Of a stretch of DNA of 64,000 bases, positions 12,952-25,080 are shown piece by piece (the first letter of the stretch is position 1; the number at the start of each line of letters is the position of its first letter). The translations under genes and the position numbers were made by a program. A model generated the notes under the pieces. It made no database searches. It was not told where the DNA came from and saw only the letters and a list, made by a program, of their open reading frames with translations. Source of the stretch: Takakia lepidozioides (taxonomy: Eukaryota > Plantae > Bryophyta); contig CM060733.1 of NCBI GenBank assembly GCA_030704615.1, forward strand, positions 42,594,001 to 42,658,000, given 5' to 3'.

Positions 12952-14509
12952 CCAACCATCCAGATCATTGACAATGCGAAGCGGAGTATCCAGTACAGTA
13001 ATGAGAGAAAATTCACCTCAAATCCAGAAGCTCTGCTTTCCACAGGCTCTTCTTAAACGCAGATGGAAAGGGAGAAGGTGTGGATATTACACTTTATAAT
13101 ATAATTGACCATTTTCAAACATCGAGTCTAAGAGGAACAGTATGAAAATCGACCGGTAATGAACGTCTCCCAGTTTACCTTCATCCCACGTAGAACGGAG
13201 TTTTAGACACAGCAGCTTCAAACTGCGACAGCTTTGACAACACCAGGAGCTAATTGCCTGTCGAGAAAATTTAAATCCTCAATTCATCCTCCCTCGACCA
13301 TCCTCAATCCCCTTGAATACGAAGAGCAGCGACTACGAAAAGAGTGTACACATGAAAATCATCTTGCCCGCTCTCTCCTCCAACGAACTCCAACCAAATC
13401 GTCATGACCTATCACTACAATCAGTGCACAACTCTCAAATCAACTCAAACAGTGCGAGAAGTAGGCGAAGATGCTCACCTTCCAGAGTTCTTCGCCGCCT
13501 GAGCGGCACACTTGGATCAAACGCCCTCCCGCACGACGCAAACCTCTACAACTGTTTTATAACCCGAATCTTGGTCGATACTCACAGCTAGGGGCTCCAA
13601 AATACAGCGAACCCACGGAAATCCACGGAGCTTCGTCTCAGTTGCCAAGATTCTCCGCCGAAAGCACGAGGACGCTGAGAAAGTGAACAAAAAGCAACGC
13701 CGGTTGAATTCTATATCGACTTCCTCGCGCAGCTGGAACAATAACAGTCGCTTCGTTTAGGTGTGAAGAAGAAGCAGAACCCTAGACCCTCCGGTCGTCC
13801 GCTCCATCCCACCGCCTCGAAATCTCAGCTTACTTCTGCCCGACCGACGGATGCACGCCTAACAACGCCACCTGTCGGTCATCCGATCATCATCACATGT
13901 ACAACGATTAACGGATGGATGAATCCAAAAACCAAATGTCCGCACCCACGTCGTCTTTCCACATTCATCCGCTATGATCAGTTCCTTCAGCTTTTTGTAC
14001 CTTCGTGTACGGAATACCAAAAGGGCCATGCTTGTACAAGACCCCGACACCTTGAAAGATTCCAATACAGGGGGGTTTTATTCCAAAAGATTCTGTGGCA
14101 CGGGCAAGAGGGCATGGGCTATTGAAAAGTAAAAGGCAAGGGGTAACTAACCCCATGCTACATGCCTGGGGGTACCAGGTATATTATAGGAGCGTATAAC
14201 GTAATATACACGTCGTATATTACTACATACGCATAGTATGTTTTTGATATTTTGGTAAAACTGCCCGGACATGAAGCATGTTTAGGGATTTGCAGCACGT
14301 CTCTCTCTCTCACGTCATCTCTCTCTCAAGGCGGGAGTTTTGCTCTGGCGATCTGTTGGCAAAGGAGCTCGAGAAAGCAAAGAGTTATGGCCTTAACCAA
14401 CCAACATTGGATAAGCCTCTAACATGGATGCCTCGGCGTGAGCCTGGTCGCGTGAGCACGTGAGCGCAACTGCGCTCACGCCACGTCACCTTGTGCCAAT
14501 GCCACATCA

Positions 14510-15130
14510 CGAATGAAGTCGTCTCGGGGGGAGAGGCGGTCACCTGGCTGACATAAATCATCCCCCAGATGGAAAAACGGCACCTAATTTCCATCCGAGG
14601 CCGTTCAGATGAAGTCGTATCGGGGGGAGAGGCCGACACTTGGCCGACCGAGATCATCCTCCGGACGAAAAAAACGGCGTCGAATTTCCATCCGAGGCCG
14701 GCCGGATGAAGTCGTCTCGGGGGGATAGGTCGTCAGATATCATCTGCAGGATGGAAAAACAGCGCAGAATACCCATCCGTATCGACCCTTCATGAACAAT
14801 TTTCGGTCGTTGCATCAAGTTCTTTGTGTTTTTTGGTCTAATCAGACAGTAAACTTAGAGTTTTTGGCTGCATGCCACTTTTTGGCACGTTATTCCCACC
14901 ATTGTCGTCCGCTAGAGACAAATTCGGTGCCGGTTTTCCATCTGGTTGCCCTCCCGCTTACTTCCTAGATGGAAATTCGTCGTCAGTTTTCCATCTAGCC
15001 GCACTCCCGCTTACCTGCTGGATGGAAATTCGGCGACGGTTTTCCATCCTGCTACGCTCCGGTTTACTTGCAGGATGGAAATTCGGCGCCGGTTTTCCAT
15101 CCGGGGATGTTCACTGTCGGCCAGGTGTCG
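14510..15130. repeat. Degenerate remnant of the GGCGCC-palindrome array
   Basis: Multiple decayed GGATGGAAATTCGGCGCCG(A/G)TTTTCCATCC copies with TTACCTGC linkers, as at 21770-23230 and 38330-41230. Confidence 0.75.
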
Positions 15131-15189
15131 GTCAGATGTTGTTGAGTTGCATCTATCATGTAGTGCACAACCAGAATTCCACATATAAA

Positions 15190-16010
15190 TAACAAACAAC
15201 CGTGTCTTTCAAAGGACCCTCCTCATATTTTACTTGTTAACATGGATCTATCGAATGAATAAACTGCCTGTATCAACCGTACACAGGATCACACACGGGA
15301 TTGGGATAAGCTGTTGAAACCCTGAGTGCACAACGCAGCCAAGAAACCAAAAAAATTGCAATTGTCTTGCAAGAATTCAAATGTATCTGCCCACAATCAG
15401 AATTGCAGACATAAAAACAACCGAGCTCAGACTGCCCTAGGCAACCCATCGACATTCACCAGACTCTCTCCATGACGCACTATCTGACATCCTAGCTAAT
15501 GGGTGAACTCTGTCACATAACGTTCTGCAGCCAAGGCGGTTTTGGTTAACTCTCATAAGTCACCAACAACCACATTCTGTCATCGACCAGTTAACGGCTC
15601 AAAACATGCGCACAATTTTGGCTAGAGCTTTCTCTCCTCTGAAGATGGTACTCAAGAAATCGTAAAGGTTTGAACAACACTACTGATTCGCAGGTCACAT
15701 GCATCAAAGTACTGAAGAGAGAACAGAAACTCATTCTTCGCACATTGGTAGAAACCCTACAAACTTACACTCACCAGACTCCCTCCTTGACGCACCATCT
15801 GACACCCTAAACCATCAACCATGGTTTCCATAACCAACAATCCACAAAGAAAGTAGGATGCGAAGACAAACACAACACCGTTCAACCAAGAAGCAAGAGA
15901 CGTAACAAAAATCAAATGAAGATTTGAAACCCTAACCCTGTACATACTCTTGGGATGCCTTTGAGCCCGTCCAAAACTGTTACGGTTATGGTTATGGATG
16001 CAAAAAATCA
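15190..16010. repeat. Local dispersed duplication, copy 3
   Basis: Near-identical to 9751-10650 with an internal deletion. Confidence 0.9.
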
Positions 16011-16223
16011 TTGTGAGTGTCATCACGGACTTACCCAAGGGTTTTGAGGGGAGTACGGCTACAGGCAGTGAGAGTGAGAGTGGGTTCACAAGACGAGGTA
16101 TTTGGTTCAGACCACCTTCACCTCCACCCTCAACTACTGTAGAGTCTGACATAGACCCGGAGGCTTCATCAACAAGTGTGCAGTTTTCTTCGCCATTGTT
16201 GTGGGACGACATGGAGGAGATGT

Positions 16224-16451
16224 ATGGAGCTACCAAGGTACTCTGGAGCTATGGGCACAATCGAGTTGGATGACTTTATCCAGGAGTTCGACAGTTGGTG
16301 TGATTTGCAGCAGATGCGCAATCCACAGCTGTTCACCCCATTCATGGCGTGGAAGGGATTGTTCCAGCATTTGGAAAGCCCGCCTATGGACGATTACCAC
16401 GAGTTCAGGCGAGGACATAAAGCAAAAATTGAAGAGTGGAGGATGTATTGA
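16224..16451 (+). pseudogene. Retrotransposon gag-like fragment
   Basis: ELPRYSGAMGTIELDDFIQEFDSWC..LFQHLE resembles the N-terminal gag 'P.F.G....FI..FE' motif. Confidence 0.5.
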
Positions 16452-17199
16452 ACAGTGTAACCAGGGCTGTTTTAAATTTAGAACTCTGACCTCAATGTTC
16501 AAAAAGTATCGCTTGGTACTTACCGTGTTAAATCAGCATAAGAAGGCCTATCTCAAGCATCATCGGATAGCCTTATTCAACATGAATCTGAGAGAAGTAT
16601 GTGGGATATAGTGTTGGGCGGGTACACAGGTCACACCCGGGTATGTACCAGGATATGCACCAGGGTATGTCCAGCCCTGACCGCCGGGCCCATCCATACC
16701 TCTTATCCGGCCCAAGACCTGCCTAGGTGTGTTTGGCTGTCCCTAGGACCCGCCCCAAGACTTGTATAGGTGGGTTAGGGCTCCGGGAGGCCGGCCAAAA
16801 GCCTACATAGTCGGGTTAGAGGTGTGGGAGGGCCGGGCAGGGCTTGTGGAGTGAGGAGAACAAGGGCATCAGAAGAGGTGGGCCTAGGTTGGTGATGACT
16901 ATGGATAGTTAATGAAATAAGGGCAGAGATCATGACTCATGTACTTTAGCAATTGGTGATTTTCAAGGAAAAGAGGGTGGCCCAAAAAGTTTGATAGAAG
17001 TTGGAGTCATTTAAATATATATTTCTTAAAAAATCAAATTCATTAAAAAAAAACATGACCTGCCCTTACAAATGACCGGCTGGCTTCTAAAACAACAAAC
17101 TTTAGGTAGGCTGAAATGGGCCCCCATTGTACAGAGCAGTACCACCCTACCATTCGCGAAACATTGCCTTTCAATATGTAATTCTAAAAAACATTGCCG

Positions 17200-17361
17200 A
17201 ACCTCCTTCATCGGGAGGTCCTTCTCCCCCTATGACCGTGACACCCTAAACCCTATTCCCGCGGACACTCATTTCCGGAAAATATTCCTGCTCATGTTTT
17301 TTACGACACTTACGACTCTGCTCATGGCTCATGGCTCATGGCTCATGAAATAGCAGCCCCC
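17200..17361 (-). mobile_element. Orphan terminal inverted repeat of the MULE-like family
   Basis: GCTCATGAAATAGCAGCCCCC (17341-17361) is the exact reverse complement of the element A/B left terminus. Preceded by GCTCATG repeats and CCTATnnCCG(T/C)G subterminal motifs. Confidence 0.8.
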
Positions 17362-17654
17362 CATAAGATTGAACTGGAACCAGGGTCAGTGCCAATCAAA
17401 CAGGCTAGGTACAGGATGAATCCCAACTATGCACAGAAAGTTGGGGAAGAGATCAAGAAGCTGGCTGAGGCTAAGTTCATATACAATAGAGTATACAACT
17501 TGGTTGTCACCCATTGTGATAGTTCCCAAGAAGAATGGCAAACTGAGAGTTTGTGTGAACTATAAGAAGTTGAATGCTTATACAAAGAAAGATCCATTTC
17601 CTTTACCATTCACAGAAGCTATACTGGACACTGTGACAGGCCATGATATGTACT
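17362..17654 (+). pseudogene. Ty3/gypsy reverse transcriptase N-terminal fragment
   Basis: HKIELEPGSVPIKQARYRMNP..WLSPIVIVPKKNGKLRVCVNYKKLN..KDPFPLPF. Confidence 0.9.
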
Positions 17655-18675
17655 TGTCGAGCGGCTTTTACTCACCCATCCCTTTGCTATCCGAGGTGGA
17701 AACTCCAAGATAGAAGAGTTGGATATCTCTAAGCACTCAGCCCACTCAGAACAATCAGTCATGACCTGCAGCTAGTGAATCATGGTTGTGCTTCCTATTT
17801 GTATTCCTTCTTGCCTTCATGTTATCAATTTACCTTACCATGTATACTGAAGCATCAGATTGCTTCAGTATCTACTAAGTTCCAATTAATCATGCATTCA
17901 TTCCACAGCTTCTCTCGTGTCTCTCTACACAGTATGTTTGTATCGATTCAATATCGGATTAAGATTAATCATGTATCATGCCTATGCCATGGTGTCTCTA
18001 ATCTACCCTACTGTATAATTTTACAGCTTGCATGAATTAAGCCTCAATCAAGTCATCATCTCCTCTTCACTGTTTCCGCTCTCCGTTACATCTCCTCCTT
18101 CCCTGAACAAATCCCCCTCCTCCAGAAGTGATCCCCCTCAACCAAAATCCCCCTCTCTAGAAGTGATCCCCTTCCTGTTGCTGCTCTGCCTAATCTACCC
18201 GCAAGCTGTTCTAACCACCTAATTAACTAACCGTCACCCCTGAAATAACACGTTCCCTTTGCAGATGTCGTTCCCACATAGTCGTTCCTTGTCAATGATA
18301 ACTGTTGCCCATGTACTGTGACAGGCTGTGTCAAGTTGTGCCGAGCTGTGACTGGCTGTGTAAAGTTGTGTCGGGCTGTGACTGGCTGTGTAAAGCTGTG
18401 TCGGGCTGTGACTGACTGTGCAAAGTTGTGTCGGGCTATGTGAAGTTGTATCGGGTTGTGACTGGCTGTGCGAAGCTGTGTCGGGTTGTGTCAGACTTTG
18501 ACTGGTTGTGATAGACTGTGACGGGCTGTCTAACCCCCCTAAAACCTGCGCCTGCCACCCCTAAGGCTCATGTTGATCTCAGTCTGCGCAAAAATTAAGG
18601 GTACCCCACAGAACTCGTAAAAGCGTCTAAGTCCCAAACAACCCTCTAACATTACCCCTCCCCCTCTCAAAAAGC
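17655..18675 (-). mobile_element. 3' LTR (17655-18651) and polypurine tract of a minus-strand Ty3/gypsy element
   Basis: Reverse complement of the 28100-28977 LTR with TG..CA ends. On the minus strand a purine run (GAGAGGGGAGGGG) immediately precedes the LTR. Confidence 0.85.
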
Positions 18676-19690
18676 CGTGTCCTCACGGTTTACTGTTTGG
18701 GATCAGCAAACCTTTGTGAGCGAGCACCCTTCTGTTGGTGAGAGTCGCGTGAAGGACTCCGTGTGCGAGCCCGAGTCCTGTCACTGGCTGATGGAGATGA
18801 TTGAACACTACTGAAAATGTTTGACCCTCCTTTGGCTGATAACGAGGTAACCTCTCAGGCATAGGAGATCCCCGTCATCTTTTGTCCGCCATTGCTAATT
18901 CATACTCCTCCGCCATGTCAAAATCGCCCTCCTCTGAACCAGTAGTGTCATAATCATCATCACCCCTACGGCCTTTCGGTGGTCTGATCTTCTTTGGCGT
19001 CTCAGGAATCCTGCATGGCATACAGTGTTGGCCCACCATGTCTGGAAGCTTAAACTGTACTACTTGCCTTAATCGCTTGCAAGCAAAATGAGTGTACTCC
19101 CTGAATTCCTTGTCCGTATAGGTGAGAGGTGTGCCAATGACTTTGGAACAGTGTAAGTATTTCCAGGCTTCCTGTCCCTTATAAAAAATATCATCAGGGC
19201 CCAATTTTTCTTTGGTCAAGTTGTTCCAAGCCAAATTAAACCATGAACGAAGTTGGGAATTCTTCTGCAACATGACTTTCACATCATACAGATACATATG
19301 GGGTGGAACTGAACGTAAGACCCAATGATCCCCACTGGAATAACTCAGAAATTGTGATTGCATCTTCTGCTGCTCAATGTGATAACGTACCATAAAACAA
19401 GCAGCATAGTATAATCCACAGCCCATGACAATACTAGATACCTCATTGGGGGGGCTGCTATTTCATGAGCGGCATGAGCATGAGCGGAAAAAAAAAAAGA
19501 ATGAGCGGGCCATTGTGTGTCCACGGAAATAGGGTCATGTGGACTCGTCATAGCAATGAAATGCAACATTTTATTGCAAATTTTGTGGCAAGCCACGTCT
19601 ATACAAGTGTGTCCTAACTGACATAGCAGGAATGGGAACTACTCTCCTACACCTTCCGAGGAACTTGGCCCTCCTTCTTCCTCATCCCCC

Positions 19691-21720
19691 TCATCCCCCC
19701 CATCCTCCGAGCTTTGTGATGCATCGGGTTGCACTATGCCTCTCAAAAATTCCATCCTCTCCTTGGGGGACTGTCCACCTCACCTCATGGGAATCTTCTG
19801 CCTCTTCTCCCCCACTTTCCTCAGCAGAATCCAAGACAAATCTACGAGCCCGACGGGCTCTAATATCTGCTGCCTCCTCCCTCATCTTCATTTTCTTGAG
19901 GCTTGCCTCGTCTAAAATCTGCTGTACACGACTAGGTTCGGAAGACCTCCTAATGGACACCGAAGCAAGCCAGGCAGCATAAGTGGGAAGGATGTAGTCC
20001 TTTTCTGGACTAGGCATGAAATCCCCCCCGGCAAAAAAAGGCACGTTCCTCCTGCCCATGAACTTCGTTGTAGACGTCCCTCCTGCAGTACTTGGCATCC
20101 TACAGTAAGAACAAATCCACTTCAAGAATGTCAATACCAGCAGAAGCAGAAAGGGTTTTCAATGAAATAAGAGAGCGAAGGGAGGTGCCTCACGAAATCT
20201 GGAGGCAACTTACAATGCGACCACTCACTCGTAAACCGGGGGCTCCTCGGCCTCGATCCCAACTTGTTCCTCCCCCTGCTCCTTCTCCGATTTTTCCTCA
20301 TCCTCCGAGGATGCCTCTTCCTCTTTGGGCAGACGTTCAGCCGCTGCAAGTTCTGAGTTGTGGAGGGCAGTATCTGGCTCGAAGGCGAACATATGCCTGT
20401 CGGACAACGTCCCTGCCCACATTGAAGCACCTCAGGAACAAAGCAGGTGGTTAATAGCTTGGGGCATGCAATTGCAATCGGGCCAGGGGACAAACTGAGC
20501 ACGTGAAGGCTTACCCGTGCCACATCTGAGGTCAAGAATCCGCCCTTGGACATCCGGGCACGTCTCCATGAGGGTTTGGATGAAAGCAGGGCTCTGGGTC
20601 CGGCTGTACCGCCACGGTTTGCATGTCTTTGTGTCCTTCGGCATACTGGAGTGGGGCACATAGTTGTAGAGGACATTGTAGGTAACAGGGTCCAGCATCA
20701 ACAAGACGACCGTCGTTGCGGAATTTGAACGTAAACCCTCTCTTCACAAAGCAATATGCCTCAAACACCAATGTCTGCACATCCAACAAAAGAGGGATCG
20801 GGATCTAGTTTAGATACACCACAATATGAGGTGAATGCAATAGATTGATAACTTACACTTTGGCCCTCTGTTCGCAACCCCTGTGTATTGATGCAAAACC
20901 ATTTTCTGAGGAGGACCGGGGTGACACTCTTTGGTGTCCATCTTGCCACCGCATTCTCTGTGGTCTTCCCTCTTGTGGCAAGGACAACCACACATCCACC
21001 ATCATCCAGGAGCATCCCCGCCAGCCCAAACCCGGCTTTCCAGTAGTCCTCAGTAAACCTGTTCCTGTTGGGCACACCATCCAGGCCCTCCAGCAGCTCC
21101 CCATCTGGACTGTCGAGGAGAATCATATCGCAAGCTCTCTCAACCTCAACCCCCCCCCCTGAGTGCTCTTGCAATCCGTGCTCACAGCTGTGAAGAATTC
21201 CATCATGGCTTCAAAACCAGGGGTGTCTTTAGGCTCTGTACCGGCAGCCCTCTTCTTGGCTTTCCCCTTCTGCTCCGCCAGAGACTTGCTGTGTGCCACC
21301 TTCTTCGCCCTGGCAGCGAGAGCGTCGAGGAAGCTCTCATTGACGCATTGGATGATGGTTGGAGGTTCTAGCTTTGGCCTGTGCGTAAACGTCACCGCCG
21401 AATACCGCCGTGTAGGCTCGCCCTCAAATGCCAACTTCTTGGTAGAGCCAGTCCCACTCTGAACTGACTTGGGAACCCGGACGACCGGTGACTTGGTAGC
21501 AGCAGCAACAGTTGCAGGACCTTGAACAAAGTCGTCGTCCGAGTTACTCCCTTGGGTCCCCTCCTGCGCCTCCTCCGATGCCCCGATGGTTTTCTGTTTT
21601 TTGGGTGTTACTGTACTCACCTGTTTCCTTGTCCTTTTCCTTTGGCCTTTATTCTTCTCATTCAATTTCTCCTGAATTCCTGCCTGAGCAAGCTCTGCCG
21701 CTTTCCTGGAGTTTGCAAGC
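19691..21720 (-). pseudogene. Amino-methyltransferase-like 3' half of the ParB-MTase gene (element B; ParB part deleted)
   Basis: DMILLDSPDG (motif IV position), YW..GF..L.DGG, PWRYSRTQSPAFIQTLMETC..GRILDLRCGTG, intron, then ASMWAGTLSDRHMFAFEPD (motif I-II). Confidence 0.7.
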
Positions 21721-21769
21721 GGTTCAAAACCGACGGCGGAGGACATTTAATGCGCAACAACGTCAATCG

Positions 21770-23230
21770 CCCGCTCGATGGAAAAAATCGGCGCCGAATT
21801 TCCATCCAGCGGATGAAGTATGACGCAACAAAGCCATCCCTCCGCCCGAGCCGTTCTCATCCAGGAGACGCCGGATGGAAATCCTGCGACGCATTTCCAT
21901 CCTGCAGGTAATTCGGAGCGCGGCCGGATGGAAAAACGACGCCGAATTTCCATCCTGCAGGTAATTTGGAGCGCGTCCGGATGGAAATCCGGCGCCGAAC
22001 TTCCATCCTGCAGGTAATTCGGAGCGCGGCTGGATGGAAATCCGGCGCCGAATTTCCATCCTGCAGGTAATTCGGAGCGCGGCCGGATGGAAAAACGGCG
22101 CCAAATTTCCATCCTGCAGGTATTCGGAGCGCGTCCGGATGGAAATCCGGCACCGAACTTCCATCCTGCAGGTAATTCGGAGCGCGGCCGGATGGAAATC
22201 CGGCGCCGGATTTCCATCAAACAGGTAACTTGGAGCACGGCCGGATGGAAATTCGGCGCCGAATTTCCATCCGCCAGGTAAGTCGAAGCGCGGAATTACC
22301 ATCCTGCAGGTAATTCTGAGCGAGGCCACTTGTTTTTTTGGTCTTAAAAGACAAAACCTTATGTTTTAGACACGGTTTTCAGGGAATTCTCGACTGGTTG
22401 AGAGAAATTCCTTGCTTCTTTTCCATCCCTCGTAGTTCCTAAATGGAAATTCGTTGCCGAAATTCCATCTGGCCGCGATTCCGATTAAATCCGAATGGAA
22501 ATTCGGCGCCGGTTTTCCATCCCCTCCGCCCGAGTCGACTTTATTCAGGCGCCCCCTGTTGGATATTCGGTGCCGAATTTCCGTCCGGGGGTTGTATTGT
22601 GACGGCCAGGTGCCGGCCTCTCCCCCCGAGCCGACTGCATCCGAACGGCCCCGGATGTAAATTCGGCGCCGTTTTTCCATCCGGGGAGGTTTTTATGTCG
22701 GCCACTTTTCGGCCTGACCCCCCGACACGACTTTCTTTGGGGGGGCCCGGAGCGAAATTCGGGCCAAATTTCCATCCGGGGGATGTTCTCTGTCGGACAG
22801 GTGCCGGCCTCTCCGCCCGAGGCGACTTCATCCGGGCGGCCCCTGTTGGATATTCGGTGCCGAATTCCCGTCCGGGGGTTTTAATGTGACGGCCATGTGC
22901 CGGCCTCTCCCCCCGAGCCGGCTGCATCCGAATGGCCCCGGATGTAAATTCGGCGCCATTTTTCCATCCGGGGAGGTTTTTATGTCGGCCACTTTTCGGC
23001 CTGACCCCCTGACACGACTTCCTTTGGGGGGGCCCGGATGGAAATTCGGCGCTGAATTTCCATCCGGGGGATGTTCTCTGTCGGACAGGTGCCGGCCTCT
23101 CCGCCCTAGTCGACTTCATCCGGGCGGCCCCTGTTGGATATTCGGTGCCGAATTTCCATCCGGGGGTTGTAATGTGACGGCCCGGTGCCGGCTTCTCCCC
23201 TTCAGCCGACATCATCCGGGCGGCCCCCCA
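21770..23230. repeat. Palindrome array of element B (53-bp units, then ~288-bp higher-order units)
   Basis: Tandem CCTGCAGGTAATTCGGAGCGCGGCCGGATGGAAATCCGGCGCCGAATTTCCAT (53 bp) over ~21870-22310. CCCTGTTGGATATTCGGTGCCG recurs about 287-288 bp apart. Confidence 0.95.
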
Positions 23231-23463
23231 CTTTCTGACTGCATACCGTTGGCAGTTATTGCGCACAGACCAGGGGCCGCATTCCGGAGACAATGTTCAT
23301 TAACACTCTGACTGTGGATTTTTGAGATAGTTGGCTCCCTGGATTTGGATCAGGCTTCGTCGCTCGGACAAATCGGCACCGCATTCCTTCCCATCGGTGC
23401 ATCCCCCTTCTACCAGGGAGCTTGCCCGCACGCCATCCTGGCAGTCTTGTGTGCACATCTCCC

Positions 23464-25080
23464 ATGGCGGAAAATCCGAGCGCTACAGTGTACTGCCCTC
23501 CTCACGAGCATAGAGCTTCATTTCCGTGCAGAGGGGACATCTGCCGTGTGATGGAGAAATATTTGTGCGTTCGATACCACCTGAAACCGGGGTCGGCTTT
23601 TTTGGAGGAGGAAAGGAAGGACTCAAACGGCGTTGTTGTCGAGAGTATGGTTGTGTTCCACGATGATTTCGGCGATGGCAGGGAATGGCGAGTTCCACCA
23701 TCGGAGAACGTCATATACAGGGCGGTTGGGGACTTCATTTGCCCACCAAATGCACCTTCTATCCTCGCGCCTTCCACGAAACAATCTGCGAATCAGAGAG
23801 TGGGTACCTCAAAGAGAGAAGTCCGCAACGAAGTAAATCCAGAGCCCAACCCATCAATGAAGACGAGCGAGAACCAGGTTGTTCACAACCTGTCCGACTC
23901 CGACGAGGTCATCCTGGTATGTCCCATTGTGACCCTCGTTGTCTGTCGAAGTTCCGAGATCGTCCTGGAGATCAGGCAAGTCCTCAATGGACGTCAGTGG
24001 ACGAGGGAGTCATATTCCCAGCACGAGCACCACAGTTCGATCCATTCTTGAAATTCTGCGAGGGCTTCGCATGGATGGACACCGCTCGGAGCTGGCCGGG
24101 CTGGACTACAGCAAGTTCGCAATTAAATTGGTTACATGCCTTCCCGCAGACGTCGACGGTAATCTCTTCTTTGAGTTCCCTCCTCGGACGGACTACTCGA
24201 GGGCGTCTGGAATGTTGACAAATATGGATAGAAAACATGACGGTCATCCTTGGTGCGTCACCAAAACCACCAGCATGAAGATGCTCGATGGTGTGCGGGT
24301 GCGCTACGTTGTTTGTGCGGGCGCGTTGCGGTGTTTCTCCCCAATTTGCTTCCATTTTAAATCCAGAGGTCACAGGAACGAGACCGATTGGATAGGCACA
24401 GCTCATCAACCATTTCGAGCTCAGGAGAAGGTTCTGAACTCCACATTTAAGTGTGCGCATTGCAAAGAACCACCACACTGCATGTCTGTTTGTAATGCCA
24501 AGCAGTTCTATGTGTTGCACCATTTCCCTGACCTCACCCGAGCTTGCATACACGTTGGTTCCCATTGTCACAAATTGGCGAGAAGGGAACTCGCGAGAGG
24601 CTGCCCACGAGGCAGAGCAGCTCGTTCAGGAGGAGGTTAAGTTGAGACCGGGTGCCAAACCCAAACAGATACAGCTCCAAGCCGCCCATAAGATGGCATT
24701 GGCCAGAATTATGTCGGAAGACGGCTCCGATAGAGTTCCTCTCGATGAGAAGGAAATGGAGGCATTGCTGGAGTCGGTGTCCCACGTCTGTTCACCGAAT
24801 GTCCGAAACCACATTGTCTCATGCAAATAGAAAATTGGGCGTGGCTCGGATATGCACTCCATTCTGAAGGTGAAGCGACGATGTGGATATGACTACATTC
24901 ATGGAAGTAGGTTTCCAGGACAAGGGACTGAGGCAGATCGTTGTTTCGTATTCAAAATGTCCACGTGTGGGCCTGGCAGCGGCGTCGAACTGGTCGACAG
25001 GATGACGAGTGGGGACTTGTCAAACAGTTGGGTCATGTTCGACCATATCAAGCGAATTACAAATCACCAGTGGGTGACAT
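23464..25080 (+). pseudogene. Truncated transposase of element B
   Basis: Near-identical to 41471-43050 but has a ~35-bp insertion near 23911, a frameshift and a stop. Deleted after NHQWVT. Confidence 0.92.

Noticed and set aside
13859-14065. Small GTPase/P-loop fragment (DECGKTTWVR)
   Set aside because: Short, with an incomplete Walker A and no other supporting motifs.
21747-23311. Repeat-protein ORFs (MEIRRRISI / WKFGAGFPS / DGNSAPDFHP), also at 38261-41319
   Set aside because: The same peptides appear in all frames on both strands because the DNA is a stop-poor palindromic array.
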